From assembly GCA_043228905.1 (NCBI GenBank), contig JBHGNT010000005.1:23250001-23314000 (forward strand): DNA of 64,000 nucleotides, written 5' to 3'. The notes under the pieces were generated by a model. It made no database searches. It saw only the letters and a list, made by a program, of their open reading frames with translations, and had not been told where the DNA came from. Of the stretch, positions 61,711-64,000 are shown piece by piece; the first letter of the stretch is position 1, and each line of letters opens with the position of its first letter. Origin of the DNA: Azolla caroliniana. Taxonomy: Eukaryota > Plantae > Polypodiophyta. A program made the translations under genes and the position numbers.

Positions 61711-64000
61711 TAATCATTCCTCAATAAGTACATATTTCATTACATCCCCTGAAAGTTCTAAGAGTTCTTCCACATTTTATATGATGGACTAGAGGGGGAA
61801 CTTTGCATTGCTCTTGCATGGTTTGCAAGTAATTGTCCATATTATAAAGGGAGGATAGGCAATTTCATAAAACGTATGGTTTCCTTTTTCTAGTTTATAG
61901 GAGTCCTTGGAAATTATTGTGTTGTGTGGTGATCGTGGTGAATGGTGCCCTTCTTTATAATGGGATAGGAAATTGTAGCTTCTAAGTGAGTTAAGACACT
62001 AGAGTAGGAGGGGATGACTAGATTAGAATTTTAGGGTCTTCCATGGTAGTGTAGGGCCATTCATGTATAGGTCATGTCATAGTTTTGTATGGTCACTAAA
62101 AATTGGGTCAATCTGAGGGCCATTTAAGTTATACATGGGCCACGTATGTACTACTACTCTCGTGGAAACATTATTATGCTAAAGTTAACCTTATCCTCAC
62201 AATCATGGGAAATTGGATGCTTCTTATAGAAAAACCTCAATGATTTCCTTATTTCATCTTGTTTAGTCTAGAAATTCTATAAATAGTTTGAATGAAGCAC
62301 ATTGAAGAATATTTGGATGTGCACATATTGGAAAAGAAAGGGACAAGATGACATGAGTCCATGTCTTACTTACCCACATTGGAGCCCTTCCACATGAAGC
62401 GGAGGACAATCCAAAATAGATCTAACTTCTTGACCTATTGCACTCACATTAATTCTTCATATTAGACTTTTTTTTGAGGATATTTACTAGTGCCCAAGGT
62501 CACATCCACACATTAATACCATAGTGCTACATGCCATCATATAAATGTGTACACACATTGAAAATAGAAACTAAAAGTTGTGTGAGAGTAGAGAGAGAAT
62601 CTGTGGTCTATGTTGTCAACATACCTGAAACAAAAGAATATTCCACTTTGGAATGCTTTGTTATGAGGACATCATGCATTATTTTCAAATGATTTCTATA
62701 ATGTTGTTCTAGCTTTCAAGAATTCCTAATGAGAACAAACACATAATCCATGACTCTTCTACATTGCCACCTAACCAAACTCATGGAAGATCCAAAGAAT
62801 GAAAATAGGAAGCAACATAGTTTTTTTTAAAAGTTTTGCGTTTAGTTTTTCTTTCTATTCTACCATTTAACAATCTCTTGCTTGGACGGTGAGAGTGCTT
62901 TGTAATGATCATTGTCTTGTGGGTCATGTTGGTCCCTCTTAGACACCAATATATCATCATTATCATTCTCTCTCATGATTGCACTGCTTAAAACCTAGGA
63001 GTTGAATATATTGTTGTAAACAATGAACTTTGAGGAAACAATAAATCCATATATATTAAGGAAACAACTAGGGACTGCAAAGGGTTGGTTGGTCAATAGA
63101 ATGAGAGAACTATTGTACATTAAATTGCATCTACTATCGTCTATAATGAATATTGAAGCTCTTGTTCTTTTCATCGATCCATTGTTTCTTTTTGTCCTTG
63201 AGTGTTGTATATACCTATTATGTTCTTATCCATTTCTTACTATTCTTTCTTATCGTGATCTTATAGGGTCTTGAGCGATAGGTCAAGCATTGGATGTACC
63301 TAATTCTAACATGGGTATTAGAGAAATGGTCATCTACAACAAGCTAAGGAGGAAAAGCTTTGCAAGGTTTGACAACAATAAGAAAATTATTAGGTACTAG
63401 AGATAAAAATAGTAGTGAGAGATTATTGAACAAATGAGAAAAGGGCAAGACTTTAGCTAAGATGGGTGCCTAGTCATACAACGACATCCACCATGTCTTC
63501 AATGTGGTGCCTAACTTTATAAAGATACAATTCTTTCTTTGCCTTGTCTATAGTAAGCATACCCAATACTAGTCCATGCATTAGAGGAAGATGGATAACC
63601 AATAGCTAATAACCTAATATAACTAGCTATTACTAATCCATCATTCATGACATGTAGTTATCATGTAGGTATTAGTCATGACTTAAATGATTGGTTGTTA
63701 GACTTGTAGCTAGTCAACTAGCCGATTATTCTTTGTTATTTAATAAGCTAAGATCATTTGCTACTATTCATCGTTTGGATGTGAGAGTTATTGTGAAATA
63801 GCTAAATTAACAATTTACTATCACACTTCAAGTTATCACTTAATTAATAGTCAAACATACTTAGCTAATTAAGTATCCACTAAATTAGTTACTTGACTTG
63901 TAGCAACTTATCTAACATCACTTGTTAGTACATAGCAATAAGCTATATTAACACTTATACTTATCAATAGGTATTATTGGTTGTCAAATTGTTGGAGTTA

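Noticed and set aside
63590-64000. TAGT/ACTA-rich low-complexity tract
   Set aside because: No clear period or termini within the window; it may be a decayed TE end but cannot be supported.

Overview
Eukaryotic land-plant genomic DNA, probably from a bryophyte or other non-seed plant (inferred from the TE lineages and gene style; the organism cannot be determined from the sequence). Bases 1-42,300 are a deeply nested transposon island. It contains a young Ty3/Gypsy element (97-7100, tRNA-Trp PBS, 4-bp TSD) inserted into an old Copia RT; a truncated relative of that Gypsy interrupted by an intact Ty1/Copia (12699-18255); a decayed intron-containing DDE transposase; a triple nest of solo LTRs; and a decayed DNA transposon (~29200-41200). 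In that transposon a DUF7869/Sola-like transposase, split by a second Copia, lies head-to-head with an intron-containing gene encoding a ParB-like segment plus a bacterial-type beta-class N4-cytosine/N6-adenine DNA methyltransferase (DIPY...WVK...NPYQKP...VLDLF). This is the best candidate for an undescribed system. Bases 42,300-64,000 are AT-rich and hold two identical tRNA-Leu(CAG) genes, a solo LTR/hAT-MITE complex, an intact 7-exon TM9SF/EMP70 gene, and a 4-exon XTH gene whose catalytic ExDxE motif reads ExKxE. Other notable signals: all seven readable insertion sites of the TGTCG...CGACA Gypsy family are centred on CG; there is a -1 frameshift signal with a pseudoknot between protease and RT; tRNA-like modules sit inside LTRs; and young elements are strongly enriched in CCGG. 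All coordinates and counts were read by hand.
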